From Escherichia phage SP27, in the sequence record LC494302.1: DNA of 64,000 nucleotides. The stretch is one strand, 5' to 3'. The notes below the pieces were generated by a model. That model was not told where the DNA came from. It saw only the letters and a program-made list of their open reading frames with translations, and did no database searches. Each line of letters opens with the position of its first letter. Positions within the stretch are counted from its first letter, which is position 1. Shown one piece after another: positions 18,569-28,186 of the stretch. The translations under genes and the position numbers were made by a program.

Positions 18569-19094
18569 TAATGTAAAATGCATTGCCGACATTTGTATAA
18601 AATTAATGAAAATTTTCATTAACCCAAAATACAAGACTCGTTCTTTACGTCATAATATTGATGAGCATTGTACCATTAATATACTAGGTAGTATTCTTGA
18701 TGTAAAATATGATGGTAAAATGTTATTCGGTATAAGAGAAGAGAAGATAGATGATGCATTCTTTTCTTCTAAAGATAAATTTGAACCTTCTGATTATAAA
18801 GTGATTATTCGTGATGATAGCATCTATATTAGTAGTGATTATTCAAATTACTTCGATAAAATATACACTGAAAACGTTGACTACCATTATGAAATGATTG
18901 ATTTACCAGTAACAGACATTGATATGGAGAGAATCAAATTTTCATTATCAGATAATGAGTACTTAGGTATACAAACATATTATTCACTACAAGGAAAGAT
19001 TCCACCTGCTATGTATATAAGGATTGAGATTGGTAATGTATTCAATGATAAGGTTATATCAATTGCTGATAAAATATTGAGGGTTGAATTATGA
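18552..19094 (+). CDS. hypothetical protein
   Basis: 180-aa ORF in array; no clear FQxS core. Confidence 0.55.
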   Translation: MYIENDNVKCIADICIKLMKIFINPKYKTRSLRHNIDEHCTINILGSILDVKYDGKMLFGIREEKIDDAFFSSKDKFEPSDYKVIIRDDSIYISSDYSNYFDKIYTENVDYHYEMIDLPVTDIDMERIKFSLSDNEYLGIQTYYSLQGKIPPAMYIRIEIGNVFNDKVISIADKILRVEL

Positions 19095-19654
19095 ATATCA
19101 ATGATTACCAATTTCATAGGCTTGAATTTCGTCATTGTGTTGCATTTGCAAAAACATTGATGTGCATCATTGACACTCTTTCATCCAAACAATTTCGTAA
19201 GGATAATGATTTATTTCTGAAAAAAGGTCGTGTAACATCATCCGATATCAGTGTTGAACTATTTGTTGATATCAGTGTTGATACCGGAGACAGTACAAGG
19301 GTTGGTTGTATAGGTCATATTGGTACACATTGCTTCACATGGAATCCAAATACAAGTCAAGTACGAATTGATTATAGAAATTCACGTTGGGTTGATCTTA
19401 GTACTGAATCCGATTTAGAATCAGCTATGTTCCAGCTAAGTTTAATTCACAATCCTAATGAACTTCTTTACATTATTACTTTCAGTTATCTGTTACAAAA
19501 CTACGATAATCCATCAGGGTTTTTCATAGAATCGGATATAGAAGAAATTATGGAAGAGTTTCCTAGTTTAAAGGATATTCTGGTAGAAAAAGATTTCTAT
19601 GAAGACTTCAGAGATTTATACGACATGCACTTGGAGTTATTTAAGAATGGATAA
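19091..19654 (+). CDS. FQxS-motif paralog family member
   Basis: motif ESAMFQLSLIHNPNE. Confidence 0.65.
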   Translation: MNINDYQFHRLEFRHCVAFAKTLMCIIDTLSSKQFRKDNDLFLKKGRVTSSDISVELFVDISVDTGDSTRVGCIGHIGTHCFTWNPNTSQVRIDYRNSRWVDLSTESDLESAMFQLSLIHNPNELLYIITFSYLLQNYDNPSGFFIESDIEEIMEEFPSLKDILVEKDFYEDFRDLYDMHLELFKNG

Positions 19655-20165
19655 AGATGATATTCTAATTAGACTAATTAAGAGTTTAATAAAGTTCTCA
19701 AATAATGATGTCGATACATACAAAGTAGGGGATATTGAATTCAAATCATTTGGTATGTACGGTGAGGACAAAACATATTATGCGTCAATGAAATTTCAAG
19801 ATTTTCACGAGATGTTAATATCGTTATCATATGAAGATGTTGATCCAAGATGGAGTTCCAGTATTTCACTATCGAGAATGGTAATTCGTAGTAAGCATCG
19901 TTACATTTCGTCAAAGAATACTCCTAACTTGATTAATATTGTGTTGAATGAAAATACCAATCCTATATCTAAACTTGATATCGTACCGTTAACCGATGAA
20001 GTACTTTTTCAATTGAGTACCATTTGTGATGAAGATGTGATATCATGTATGAAAATTTATGAGACGGTTGGGAGTGATATTCACATGAACTATTACCTAA
20101 CGATAGATGGAACATACCTCAGAGATGAAGCTCTAGCGTACATTGACAGTGTTTTACCAAAATAA
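19647..20165 (+). CDS. FQxS-motif paralog family member
   Basis: ATG 19647 after GGAG; motif TDEVLFQLSTICDED. Confidence 0.65.
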   Translation: MDKDDILIRLIKSLIKFSNNDVDTYKVGDIEFKSFGMYGEDKTYYASMKFQDFHEMLISLSYEDVDPRWSSSISLSRMVIRSKHRYISSKNTPNLINIVLNENTNPISKLDIVPLTDEVLFQLSTICDEDVISCMKIYETVGSDIHMNYYLTIDGTYLRDEALAYIDSVLPK

Positions 20166-20186
20166 AGACCCTTATGGGTCTTTTTG
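20166..20186 (+). terminator. intrinsic terminator
   Basis: stem AGACCC/GGGTCT, loop TTAT, then TTTTT. Confidence 0.7.
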
Positions 20187-20196
20187 TGTTTATGTC

Positions 20197-20225
20197 TTTA
20201 CAGTAGCATTCAGATGTGTTATAAT
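20197..20225 (+). promoter_or_regulatory. sigma70-like promoter with extended -10
   Basis: TTTACA (20197-20202), 17-nt spacer, TG-n-TATAAT (20217-20225); RBS AGGAGAAG before ATG 20253. Confidence 0.5.
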
Positions 20226-20252
20226 CACTTTTAATAGAGGATAGGAGAAGAT

Positions 20253-20819
20253 ATGAGTACTGAATTAATTAAAGAAGTTACCTTACTTCTGAAGCATTGT
20301 TTTAAGTTCATTCCTGATACTGGTTCACGCCAGTACATTAAAGTTAATGAGAAATATAACATCAATATCCTTGTATCTGAAACTGCGAGCAGTTATGCTA
20401 ACATTGAGTTGGATTCTGAAGAAAAATATACAGTATTACAAATCATAGCAGATGTACAACGTAAACAAGATTACCGTTCTTCATTTTACAACGATTATCT
20501 GTGTGTTTGCTCAAACTTCAGTGAGAATAAAATTGTGTATAAGAATTTATACACACATGAAGTGATTGATACATATAATTATAAAATTTCATCTGATGAA
20601 TACAATGTGCTAATGTTCAACGCAAACCTTTTGTATGATGCCAGTACTGTACGCTGTTTAGAGTTAGCATATAAAATTCCAAAGATCATGGAAAGAAAAG
20701 ATTTGATTCACTTTAAAACTATTTTAAAATACAGTACAAAAGAATTAGAGGATTTAGTACAGGCTCTTAAGAATTTCATTAATGAACATGTACCTGTTAA
20801 ATTCGAGGATGCACAATGA
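20253..20819 (+). CDS. hypothetical protein (possible degenerate FQxS member)
   Basis: 188-aa ORF, first gene after promoter. Confidence 0.6.
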   Translation: MSTELIKEVTLLLKHCFKFIPDTGSRQYIKVNEKYNINILVSETASSYANIELDSEEKYTVLQIIADVQRKQDYRSSFYNDYLCVCSNFSENKIVYKNLYTHEVIDTYNYKISSDEYNVLMFNANLLYDASTVRCLELAYKIPKIMERKDLIHFKTILKYSTKELEDLVQALKNFINEHVPVKFEDAQ

Positions 20820-21400
20820 ACCATATCAGAACTAAAATTTTGAGACTCATGCATGACATTGCAGAACTTTCAGAGATTCATGACATTACAGAAATTGTTG
20901 AATTTGATGATTATCGACTGAAAATTGAAAACAAATCCAAACATCGTTTTGGATCAGTTCAGTTGGATGTATATAAAACTTATGAATTTTCTAAAAAAAT
21001 TAAAAGTTCATGGGATACGATTACTATGTACATTCGCACATCCAGAAATCGTGAACGTATTGGTTCTATTTCTTCTAATATGGTATTTGCGAATGCATTA
21101 CATGAAAAAATGAATAAAATTGTAGAATCTGATTTCAGTGAAGATGATGGTTTTATTGGGTTGGATGTTCCACCAGAATTAGACCAAAGTGAAGATATTC
21201 GAGATGCATTCATTTTCCAGAAATCATTGTTGGACAATTACAAAGAATTCGAGTACTTAATGCTTTGTTACGATACTGCAAAAGTTCTTGATTGTGGTGA
21301 ACTAGTTATGTACAATGATTTTATCAATTACAAGACTGATGTTCTGAATACACTACTTCAAAATATAGAATCGGTTAAGGAAAAATATGAACGCTTATAG
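20816..21400 (+). CDS. FQxS-motif paralog family member
   Basis: motif RDAFIFQKSLLDN. Confidence 0.65.
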   Translation: MNHIRTKILRLMHDIAELSEIHDITEIVEFDDYRLKIENKSKHRFGSVQLDVYKTYEFSKKIKSSWDTITMYIRTSRNRERIGSISSNMVFANALHEKMNKIVESDFSEDDGFIGLDVPPELDQSEDIRDAFIFQKSLLDNYKEFEYLMLCYDTAKVLDCGELVMYNDFINYKTDVLNTLLQNIESVKEKYERL

Positions 21401-21965
21401 TTATATGACAGAACGCCATCAGTTATTATATGATATCAGTACAAAAATGTTATCAATTGTTAGTAGTGCAAAAGAAATTGAAAAACAATACCTCATCCGT
21501 GATGTAGCAATTTCATCTAAATGTTGGTCCAATGAATATTACGATCACGGTATTCTTACTATTTCTGGGGCTAGAAATATTTGTATTGTAAAAAATAAAA
21601 ATAAAAGTAATGAAGAGTGTGAGATTATAACCGATATACAAATTAAGGATGATGGAAGTTTTTCACACCACCCATTCCATATTAGTACTATTGGTGTTTT
21701 ATATAATATTAAAGTACTATTCGGTGATGAAGAGTATGTGTTAAAATCTATCAATCCAGAATCAAGTACAGTTGAAGAAGAACTGTTCCAGATGAGCACT
21801 GTTATACCTGAAGAGGTTCTTAGTACTGTTATTTTTTGTAGTTTAATTTATCATGAATACAAAAAGTACCAGTTCGATTTCCACATGTTAGGAACATACA
21901 TCTTCAATAATTTGAATGTAGATCGTTTAACAGCATTAAATGCAGCAATGGATAAGGTGCTATAA
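21387..21965 (+). CDS. FQxS-motif paralog family member
   Basis: motif TVEEELFQMSTVIPEE. Confidence 0.65.
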   Translation: MNAYSYMTERHQLLYDISTKMLSIVSSAKEIEKQYLIRDVAISSKCWSNEYYDHGILTISGARNICIVKNKNKSNEECEIITDIQIKDDGSFSHHPFHISTIGVLYNIKVLFGDEEYVLKSINPESSTVEEELFQMSTVIPEEVLSTVIFCSLIYHEYKKYQFDFHMLGTYIFNNLNVDRLTALNAAMDKVL

Positions 21966-22393
21966 TGACAAGAGATGATTGTTTGTACATATGGGATATA
22001 ATTGAAACTACACTTTCAAATCCAGAAAATTATAAAACAAAAAAAAGACAACGACACAAAATATGGATAGATTTGTTCGTTGAGGGCATACACGCAGTGA
22101 CTATTTGGGATTCACCGAGGGCATCATCATCTACTCTGTTGGACAATGAATGCATTGATTGCATTAATTCCACTTTTCATCTCTACGGTACTACAATTTT
22201 TGGTACATTTCTGGATATTGAAAGTAAAGATGATATTGATTCACTTGCGTTACAATACCAAGTACTATATAATACTAAATTAATTTACGATTTAGTACTA
22301 GCTTCTTATGTGTATAAATTAATGATGAAATATAATCATATTTCTGTTTCAGTTTATACTAAGGATATTCTTTCATTAAGAGACAAAACATGA
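21965..22393 (+). CDS. hypothetical protein (possible degenerate FQxS member)
   Basis: 142-aa ORF; weak LALQYQVLYN match. Confidence 0.55.
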   Translation: MTRDDCLYIWDIIETTLSNPENYKTKKRQRHKIWIDLFVEGIHAVTIWDSPRASSSTLLDNECIDCINSTFHLYGTTIFGTFLDIESKDDIDSLALQYQVLYNTKLIYDLVLASYVYKLMMKYNHISVSVYTKDILSLRDKT

Positions 22394-22899
22394 GTTTATT
22401 AAATGCACGCGAATTGGTTGAGATGTATGAGATTTTGTCTTCATATAAAAATTCTCCAAAAGATGTAATTCTAAACAAAAAGTTCCATGTCAGTGTTGAA
22501 CATATAACAAATATAGATATGATTTCTTTGGTGGAAAGTAATAAGTCAGGTCTGGAGCGTGATATCATGCGTTTGATTTATATTCCTAAACCATCATATA
22601 CTAATGATAGTACTATTAGCAATGAGACATTCATGTATAGTCCTGGTACGGATTCTACTATAGTATCGCTGTCCAATAAATCAATGGATACTTTCCAATT
22701 CATCTATACCAGTACTGATAACATTGAAGAAATTGAATTTCAAAACAATACATTAAGTCCATGTAGTAGTGTTATAACCTTTATGTCATATCTATGGTCA
22801 ACTAAAACAAGTGCTGTTGTATATAGTTCAAATTATACACAAGATAGTATTGTTGAATCATATAAAGTTCTAAAGGAATACTATGAAAATAACAAATGA
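22390..22899 (+). CDS. divergent FQxS-family member
   Basis: motif EEIEFQNNTLSP. Confidence 0.6.
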   Translation: MSLLNARELVEMYEILSSYKNSPKDVILNKKFHVSVEHITNIDMISLVESNKSGLERDIMRLIYIPKPSYTNDSTISNETFMYSPGTDSTIVSLSNKSMDTFQFIYTSTDNIEEIEFQNNTLSPCSSVITFMSYLWSTKTSAVVYSSNYTQDSIVESYKVLKEYYENNK

Positions 22900-23464
22900 T
22901 TTTATTAAAAGTGTAGTACACCCTATGCTTAGTATTATGAAAAAAATACAGAATCTACCGGAAGATAACGATTACAAGTTTAATCGTTTTGATTCAGATG
23001 TGTTTTGTATTGAAATTGAAATTAATAACAATCGTAATTTACATTTAAAATTCAAAGAATCTTCGAGTCCGTACTACAACTTTGATATGAATTTTAAAAT
23101 AGATACTGACATTGAAGAAAACGTAATATCAAATCATACTAGCAAAAATGGTTTTATGCATAGAACTACTATGTACAATAATAAAAATAGTATTATATCT
23201 AAATGGAATCAACAATTCACTAAAATTTGTGAAATTGAATATAATGATTTTGGTAAAGAACATTACTTTCAGTTAAGTACAATTCATGAACTTCCACCAT
23301 ATGATTATGTTAAAACATGGTTTGATATTCATAATATAATTGATGATGCAATCAAACTTCCATTTGGTGTGTCAATATCATATACTGCTCCTAAAACATT
23401 TGTTTTTACTGAAGATATGATTATGAAAAAGATATGGGCAATCATCCCACTTATGATGGATTAA
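22883..23464 (+). CDS. FQxS-motif paralog family member
   Basis: motif GKEHYFQLSTIHE. Confidence 0.65.
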   Translation: MKITNDFIKSVVHPMLSIMKKIQNLPEDNDYKFNRFDSDVFCIEIEINNNRNLHLKFKESSSPYYNFDMNFKIDTDIEENVISNHTSKNGFMHRTTMYNNKNSIISKWNQQFTKICEIEYNDFGKEHYFQLSTIHELPPYDYVKTWFDIHNIIDDAIKLPFGVSISYTAPKTFVFTEDMIMKKIWAIIPLMMD

Positions 23465-23470
23465 ATTTGT

Positions 23471-23496
23471 ACCAGGGGTTGACTCTGGTTTTTTTG
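23471..23496 (+). terminator. possible intrinsic terminator
   Basis: short stem ACCAG/CTGGT followed by T7. Confidence 0.4.
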
Positions 23497-23525
23497 TATG
23501 ATACATTGTTCTCAAGGAGAATTTT

Positions 23526-24077
23526 ATGAACTACAATCATGATCTTTTTACATTATGTGCATCCAAATGTGTTGAAGGATGGGCAGATAAAATCAATATC
23601 ATAATTCATCGATATCTCGTCTTTAGTTCCCGTGCACGAAGTGAGGGGGCTATGGATTTCAAATATACACTATCTATTGATGGTGTAACTATCCATGCAG
23701 ACGAAGAACGTCTGAACATTAATTTGTATGATTCCTGTGTATTTGCTATTCACCAAAAGATGGGGAAAGGATGGGGTTGTAATAACATTAACTCCAAAGC
23801 TATCTTTTGGGTTGGTCACCATCAGACAGTACTTGATCCTTCAATCAAATCTAATCTTTTATCCGATAATATGGTTTATGATTTATTGTACTCCGAAGAA
23901 CAACATTTTCAGTTAAGTACATTGCATGTTCTGGCACAGTACGAGGATTGTTACAAAACATTAGAACTATGCCATTCCCTTGAACTTAAAGATAAATTAA
24001 TACAAGTTTACCCTTCATTCTTTCATGAAGAAGTCCAAAGTACACTAGATCATATTTTATATGGATACGATAAATGA
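23526..24077 (+). CDS. FQxS-motif paralog family member
   Basis: motif SEEQHFQLSTLHV. Confidence 0.65.
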   Translation: MNYNHDLFTLCASKCVEGWADKINIIIHRYLVFSSRARSEGAMDFKYTLSIDGVTIHADEERLNINLYDSCVFAIHQKMGKGWGCNNINSKAIFWVGHHQTVLDPSIKSNLLSDNMVYDLLYSEEQHFQLSTLHVLAQYEDCYKTLELCHSLELKDKLIQVYPSFFHEEVQSTLDHILYGYDK

Positions 24078-24676
24078 GAAAAAGTTATCAAGAAGCTATT
24101 GACTTAATTCGTGAAGTTATCAAGGTGGCTCCTGCTGCTATTGAGTTCAAGAAGTCCATATACAAGAAGTATGGGTCAATGTCGAGTATGTGCTTTCAAA
24201 AGAAACGTAGAGCATTCACTACCCAGTACTGGAATGATTCTATCATCCTGAGCAATGAGACTCAGCGTATTTTAACACTAGAATCTGAACCTAATGAGTA
24301 CGGGGAAGGAAACATTTGTGTACCTGATTATGATGAAATTAACTTCAACTGCGGTGATTTTGAAACAACATTATTACTTCATGAGGGTTATCCAGAAGGT
24401 GATGTATTAGCTGAATACAATCCAAAAACTAAAATTCTCAAAAGAGGAATTCAGTTCACTATTAATAACAAAGATGATGTTGAAGCAGCACTGATGCAAC
24501 TGAGTACAAGTGAACCTATCACTATTAGTGTAGAAGAGTTATGGGGAATTATTTCAGTACTCAATGAGTGCTATAAAGTAAAATCATTGCGTAATCACAC
24601 CCTTATATTGCATACTAATATGGCAAATATAAAATGTAAGCACATTCAAGAAATGGTGGTTCCAGATGGACTTTAA
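24074..24676 (+). CDS. divergent FQxS-family member
   Basis: motif VEAALMQLSTSEP. Confidence 0.55.
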   Translation: MRKSYQEAIDLIREVIKVAPAAIEFKKSIYKKYGSMSSMCFQKKRRAFTTQYWNDSIILSNETQRILTLESEPNEYGEGNICVPDYDEINFNCGDFETTLLLHEGYPEGDVLAEYNPKTKILKRGIQFTINNKDDVEAALMQLSTSEPITISVEELWGIISVLNECYKVKSLRNHTLILHTNMANIKCKHIQEMVVPDGL

Positions 24677-25250
24677 AGAAATTGAAAGTAAATTAAAGTA
24701 CTTCAAAGATATCAAACTTCTTTGGGAAAAGTATAAAATTGATTACAATTTCAGTGATGATGAGACAATAAAATACATTGAGATTAATATCAAAATCAAG
24801 TTCAAGAATAATAATTATGGTGAAGTAAGCTTAAATCATGCTGGTATATCACTCAAGGACTATGATGGTTCAACACTCGCATATTTCGACTTCACACCAG
24901 AACCAGGTGAAACACTACTTAGTGAGATAAATTCCTATGACATGGAAGTGTTCGGCGGGAATCCGTTACTGTTCCGACTTTCTGAAGAGTGGAGTGAAGA
25001 ATACTACACTTACAAAGATGGTGTAGTACTTGACATTCATGGAGAAGTTGTGAATGACTTGGAAGAACGTTTGTTCCAAGAATTGTGTGTTTCAAATACT
25101 TCATATGCATACAATCATATCCTTGACATGTTTGATTTATATAGTAAAATAGATGCTGAAATGAATGCACATGGTATTCATTACCTTACAATTAACGACT
25201 ATGCTCAACTCGAAACCGCTGTGAAAGCATTGACTAAAGTACTGAAATAG
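24666..25250 (+). CDS. divergent FQxS-family member
   Basis: motif LEERLFQELCVS. Confidence 0.6.
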   Translation: MDFKEIESKLKYFKDIKLLWEKYKIDYNFSDDETIKYIEINIKIKFKNNNYGEVSLNHAGISLKDYDGSTLAYFDFTPEPGETLLSEINSYDMEVFGGNPLLFRLSEEWSEEYYTYKDGVVLDIHGEVVNDLEERLFQELCVSNTSYAYNHILDMFDLYSKIDAEMNAHGIHYLTINDYAQLETAVKALTKVLK

Positions 25251-25259
25251 GAATGAAAT

Positions 25260-25673
25260 ATGAAACTGTATCATGCGAGTACTGTAAAAATTGATAACTT
25301 TTATATCCCGTATGGTGGCCTTCATATGGGAGGTAAACACAGTGCTTTAGAAGCTGCCTTACGCAAGCTGAGAAGCCCACTAAACGTTGTTGACGCATGT
25401 ACAGTATACTTGCATACCTTAGAAGTTGATGTTGATAACGTGCTTCTGTGTGAAGATTTAGGCAGTGATGATGAGTGGCGTTCACTTATTGAGAATTGCA
25501 CGGCTCAAGGTTATGATGCTGTTCAGTACAAAAATGATTACGAGCCAGACAATGTTCCTAGCTTTATGATTTGGGATACATCTAAAATTCGTATTATTGA
25601 AGTTGATGCGATGCATATGGATGAAGCTGAAATGATCATCGAAGATTTCCTTGATGAATATGAAGGTGTATAA
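25260..25673 (+). CDS. hypothetical protein, compositionally distinct from neighbours
   Basis: 137-aa ORF with RBS; visibly GC-richer; three shadow minus-strand ORFs cluster here. Confidence 0.6.
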   Translation: MKLYHASTVKIDNFYIPYGGLHMGGKHSALEAALRKLRSPLNVVDACTVYLHTLEVDVDNVLLCEDLGSDDEWRSLIENCTAQGYDAVQYKNDYEPDNVPSFMIWDTSKIRIIEVDAMHMDEAEMIIEDFLDEYEGV

Positions 25674-26191
25674 TGATTGAACCTATGACAGTACTAGCAC
25701 GTACTAAATTATTATTGAAGATTGCTGAAATATTCACTGTTCTTATGTACAATAATCAAGACATAACTGACTTAGGTATTAAGCAACCGTGGCAAATTAC
25801 AAAGTTCACGGCGTTCCACCGATTGTCATATAATGGTGAAACTGTTCTTGATTTTAATCCAAAAGCCACGTTCGTGAATTACGCTGCATTATATGGATGT
25901 AATGGTGGATTAACAAATGACTTCACTGAAATAAAAGTACAATCAGAATCATTAGAATTTAATGACTTAATATATCCAGAATTTAAGTTAACAGAAGAAA
26001 CACTATTTCAGTACTCACTAATTATAAAAGATGTATATGATCTTGAGTACTACAAAGAGTTAGTAGATATTTTTAAGAATACTCGACTTTCAAAAGATAT
26101 TGTGATATTCTGGTATGTTGAGTATGTTACAGAGGAATTGCTAGAAGAATTTCTTCTAAATATGACAGCTATAAAGGAGAAGTTATGTTAG
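25673..26191 (+). CDS. FQxS-motif paralog family member
   Basis: motif TEETLFQYSLIIKD. Confidence 0.65.
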   Translation: MIEPMTVLARTKLLLKIAEIFTVLMYNNQDITDLGIKQPWQITKFTAFHRLSYNGETVLDFNPKATFVNYAALYGCNGGLTNDFTEIKVQSESLEFNDLIYPEFKLTEETLFQYSLIIKDVYDLEYYKELVDIFKNTRLSKDIVIFWYVEYVTEELLEEFLLNMTAIKEKLC

Positions 26192-26658
26192 ATATTTTAG
26201 GAAACATCGACACTGCAAATTATTTTATTCAAGATGCATTGTTTAATACAGTACAACAAGGTTTAGAAGTTCACCACAATGTTTATCAGGGTGATGGATA
26301 TTTTGTTGATATTATCGAGACACGTAAAAATACATTTAATGTTAACATTACGACGCTTGGAAGACAGAACATTGCACGAATTTTAGTAAGTAAAGATGAA
26401 ATAGTACTGAGATACAGTGCTAAGTTTATGTTGACTTATAAGAAAAAAACTGATATGTTCAGTACTAATTTATTTGATGAGCCATTTGACCTTGAAGATA
26501 TTGAAGCTACTTTCTTTACTCAAAGTACTATGGTAAAATACACTGATGTTCAATTTTCTGCTGATGTAATGTCAGAAACATTACAAATGATCAAGGTATT
26601 ATTTTATGCATTTGAGCAATTTAGAGAAGAAAGAAACAAGGTTAACAACCACAGATGA
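26185..26658 (+). CDS. divergent FQxS-family member
   Basis: motif EATFFTQSTMV. Confidence 0.55.
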   Translation: MLDILGNIDTANYFIQDALFNTVQQGLEVHHNVYQGDGYFVDIIETRKNTFNVNITTLGRQNIARILVSKDEIVLRYSAKFMLTYKKKTDMFSTNLFDEPFDLEDIEATFFTQSTMVKYTDVQFSADVMSETLQMIKVLFYAFEQFREERNKVNNHR

Positions 26659-27019
26659 ACTAATAGAGGCGATCACTAAGGAGTCAAAATACCATAAAGG
26701 GATTCGTCTATACTTTATAGATACTGGTTCGATGGAAGGTACATACATTTATGGTTCACAATCGTTGTCTTATGATGCAATGCCAAATAAACATGTTAAA
26801 ATCTTTTTAGGTTCAAGTAATAAAACTTTCTTGACAATTAATGATAAAAACGTTATTATGAATTCGTTGGGTCATGATAAGGTGGAAATTGATCTAAACA
26901 CGCTGGAGGATATTGATTTTTTTCAATACGAGTGTTTAGGTGTTGACTTACATGGCATTAGTAGCGATATGATAAAATCATTAATCAAATATTTCGAAGG
27001 TGTTCATAAATGTATCTAA
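26606..27019 (+). CDS. divergent FQxS-family member
   Basis: motif EDIDFFQYECLG; start uncertain (53-nt overlap). Confidence 0.55.
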   Translation: MHLSNLEKKETRLTTTDELIEAITKESKYHKGIRLYFIDTGSMEGTYIYGSQSLSYDAMPNKHVKIFLGSSNKTFLTINDKNVIMNSLGHDKVEIDLNTLEDIDFFQYECLGVDLHGISSDMIKSLIKYFEGVHKCI

Positions 27020-27507
27020 CTAAATCAATGAAAAATTCATTTGATAAAATTAAGAGTTGTCTTGATGGAGAAAATATTACAAGTGTTACACAAACTGCTG
27101 ACCAAATTCAAAGCAGTTCAAGTGATTGCACTGTTATTTTTGGTTTACATAGTCTGCGTTTATCAATAGTAAATAATATTGACAACACTGCTATTGTAAT
27201 CACACCATGCAATATTCAAAATGAGAATGGTGTATATCTTCATCACATGGGAACAGTATTTCACATTTTCAATTCAAACGAAAACATTGTTAAGGAATAC
27301 AATACTCTTAATATTGATTCAGGTGAATTATTTCAAATGAGTACTTTGTACTCATGTAATTTTACAGATACTTCATGTATTTTGCCATTTTTCTTGGAAA
27401 TTATTAAGAAAATGGAAAATTTAAAACGTGAATACAATAAAGAAATGGTTCCTGAAGCTATATTAAATATTACTAATGCTATAGAGAAGTATAATGCAGT
27501 GACTTAA
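27010..27507 (+). CDS. FQxS-motif paralog family member
   Basis: motif DSGELFQMSTLYS. Confidence 0.65.
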   Translation: MYLTKSMKNSFDKIKSCLDGENITSVTQTADQIQSSSSDCTVIFGLHSLRLSIVNNIDNTAIVITPCNIQNENGVYLHHMGTVFHIFNSNENIVKEYNTLNIDSGELFQMSTLYSCNFTDTSCILPFFLEIIKKMENLKREYNKEMVPEAILNITNAIEKYNAVT

Positions 27508-27549
27508 TAAAAACGCACATGGAGTGCATTAGAAGATCAAGGATAGATC

Positions 27550-28023
27550 ATGGAGATTAAAACTGTTGAAAATGGGAAAATTGATGACATTTTAGAGTTG
27601 GACGCATTCAAAGTTCATGATATAATGTTTAATGTGAAGGACATTATTCAATGTCTATTTTTGTGTAGCAAGACAATGCATGATTTTTTTCACAACCCAA
27701 ATACTAACGTTTTTATACTAACAATCAGTACTGAAAACTCGTTTATCATGGGTATGCCTATGAGTACAAATGAACAATATATTGATTGTGTTATTCGTAA
27801 TAACGATAGTATTACGCCACAATCTGAAGTACGTAAAAAGAAAAACACCTACACAATCAAAGATGATAAAATTATGATGTGCTGTAGTAAAGGGTTTATA
27901 TTAGATAATTTTATCGTAAAAGACAGTTATCACGACTTTAAAGTATCTGAAAATCAATCCAATGTAGTTCTTTATGCGAGTGACATAGAAAGTCTAACAG
28001 TTAAAGATCCTAGTTTGGAGTAA
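27550..28023 (+). CDS. hypothetical protein
   Basis: 157-aa ORF. Confidence 0.55.
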   Translation: MEIKTVENGKIDDILELDAFKVHDIMFNVKDIIQCLFLCSKTMHDFFHNPNTNVFILTISTENSFIMGMPMSTNEQYIDCVIRNNDSITPQSEVRKKKNTYTIKDDKIMMCCSKGFILDNFIVKDSYHDFKVSENQSNVVLYASDIESLTVKDPSLE

Positions 28024-28025
28024 TT

Positions 28026-28157
28026 ATGTCGAAGAAAGTTAACAATTTCGTACAGAAACATATGAATGAGTTTAATAAACCTCAGACACATGTGGATCGT
28101 AAAAAAGAAATGAAAAATGGTAAAGTAAAACACAAGTCGAGATTTATTCTCGACTAA
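28026..28157 (+). CDS. possible small basic protein (43 aa)
   Basis: ATG 28026 after GGAG; Lys-rich; stop sits inside the downstream terminator hairpin. Confidence 0.35.
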   Translation: MSKKVNNFVQKHMNEFNKPQTHVDRKKEMKNGKVKHKSRFILD

Positions 28158-28164
28158 TTTTTTG
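28136..28164 (+). terminator. intrinsic terminator
   Basis: stem GTCGAG/CTCGAC, 6-nt loop, then T-run. Confidence 0.5.
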
Positions 28165-28186
28165 TCTAAATTTATGAGGATTGTAT

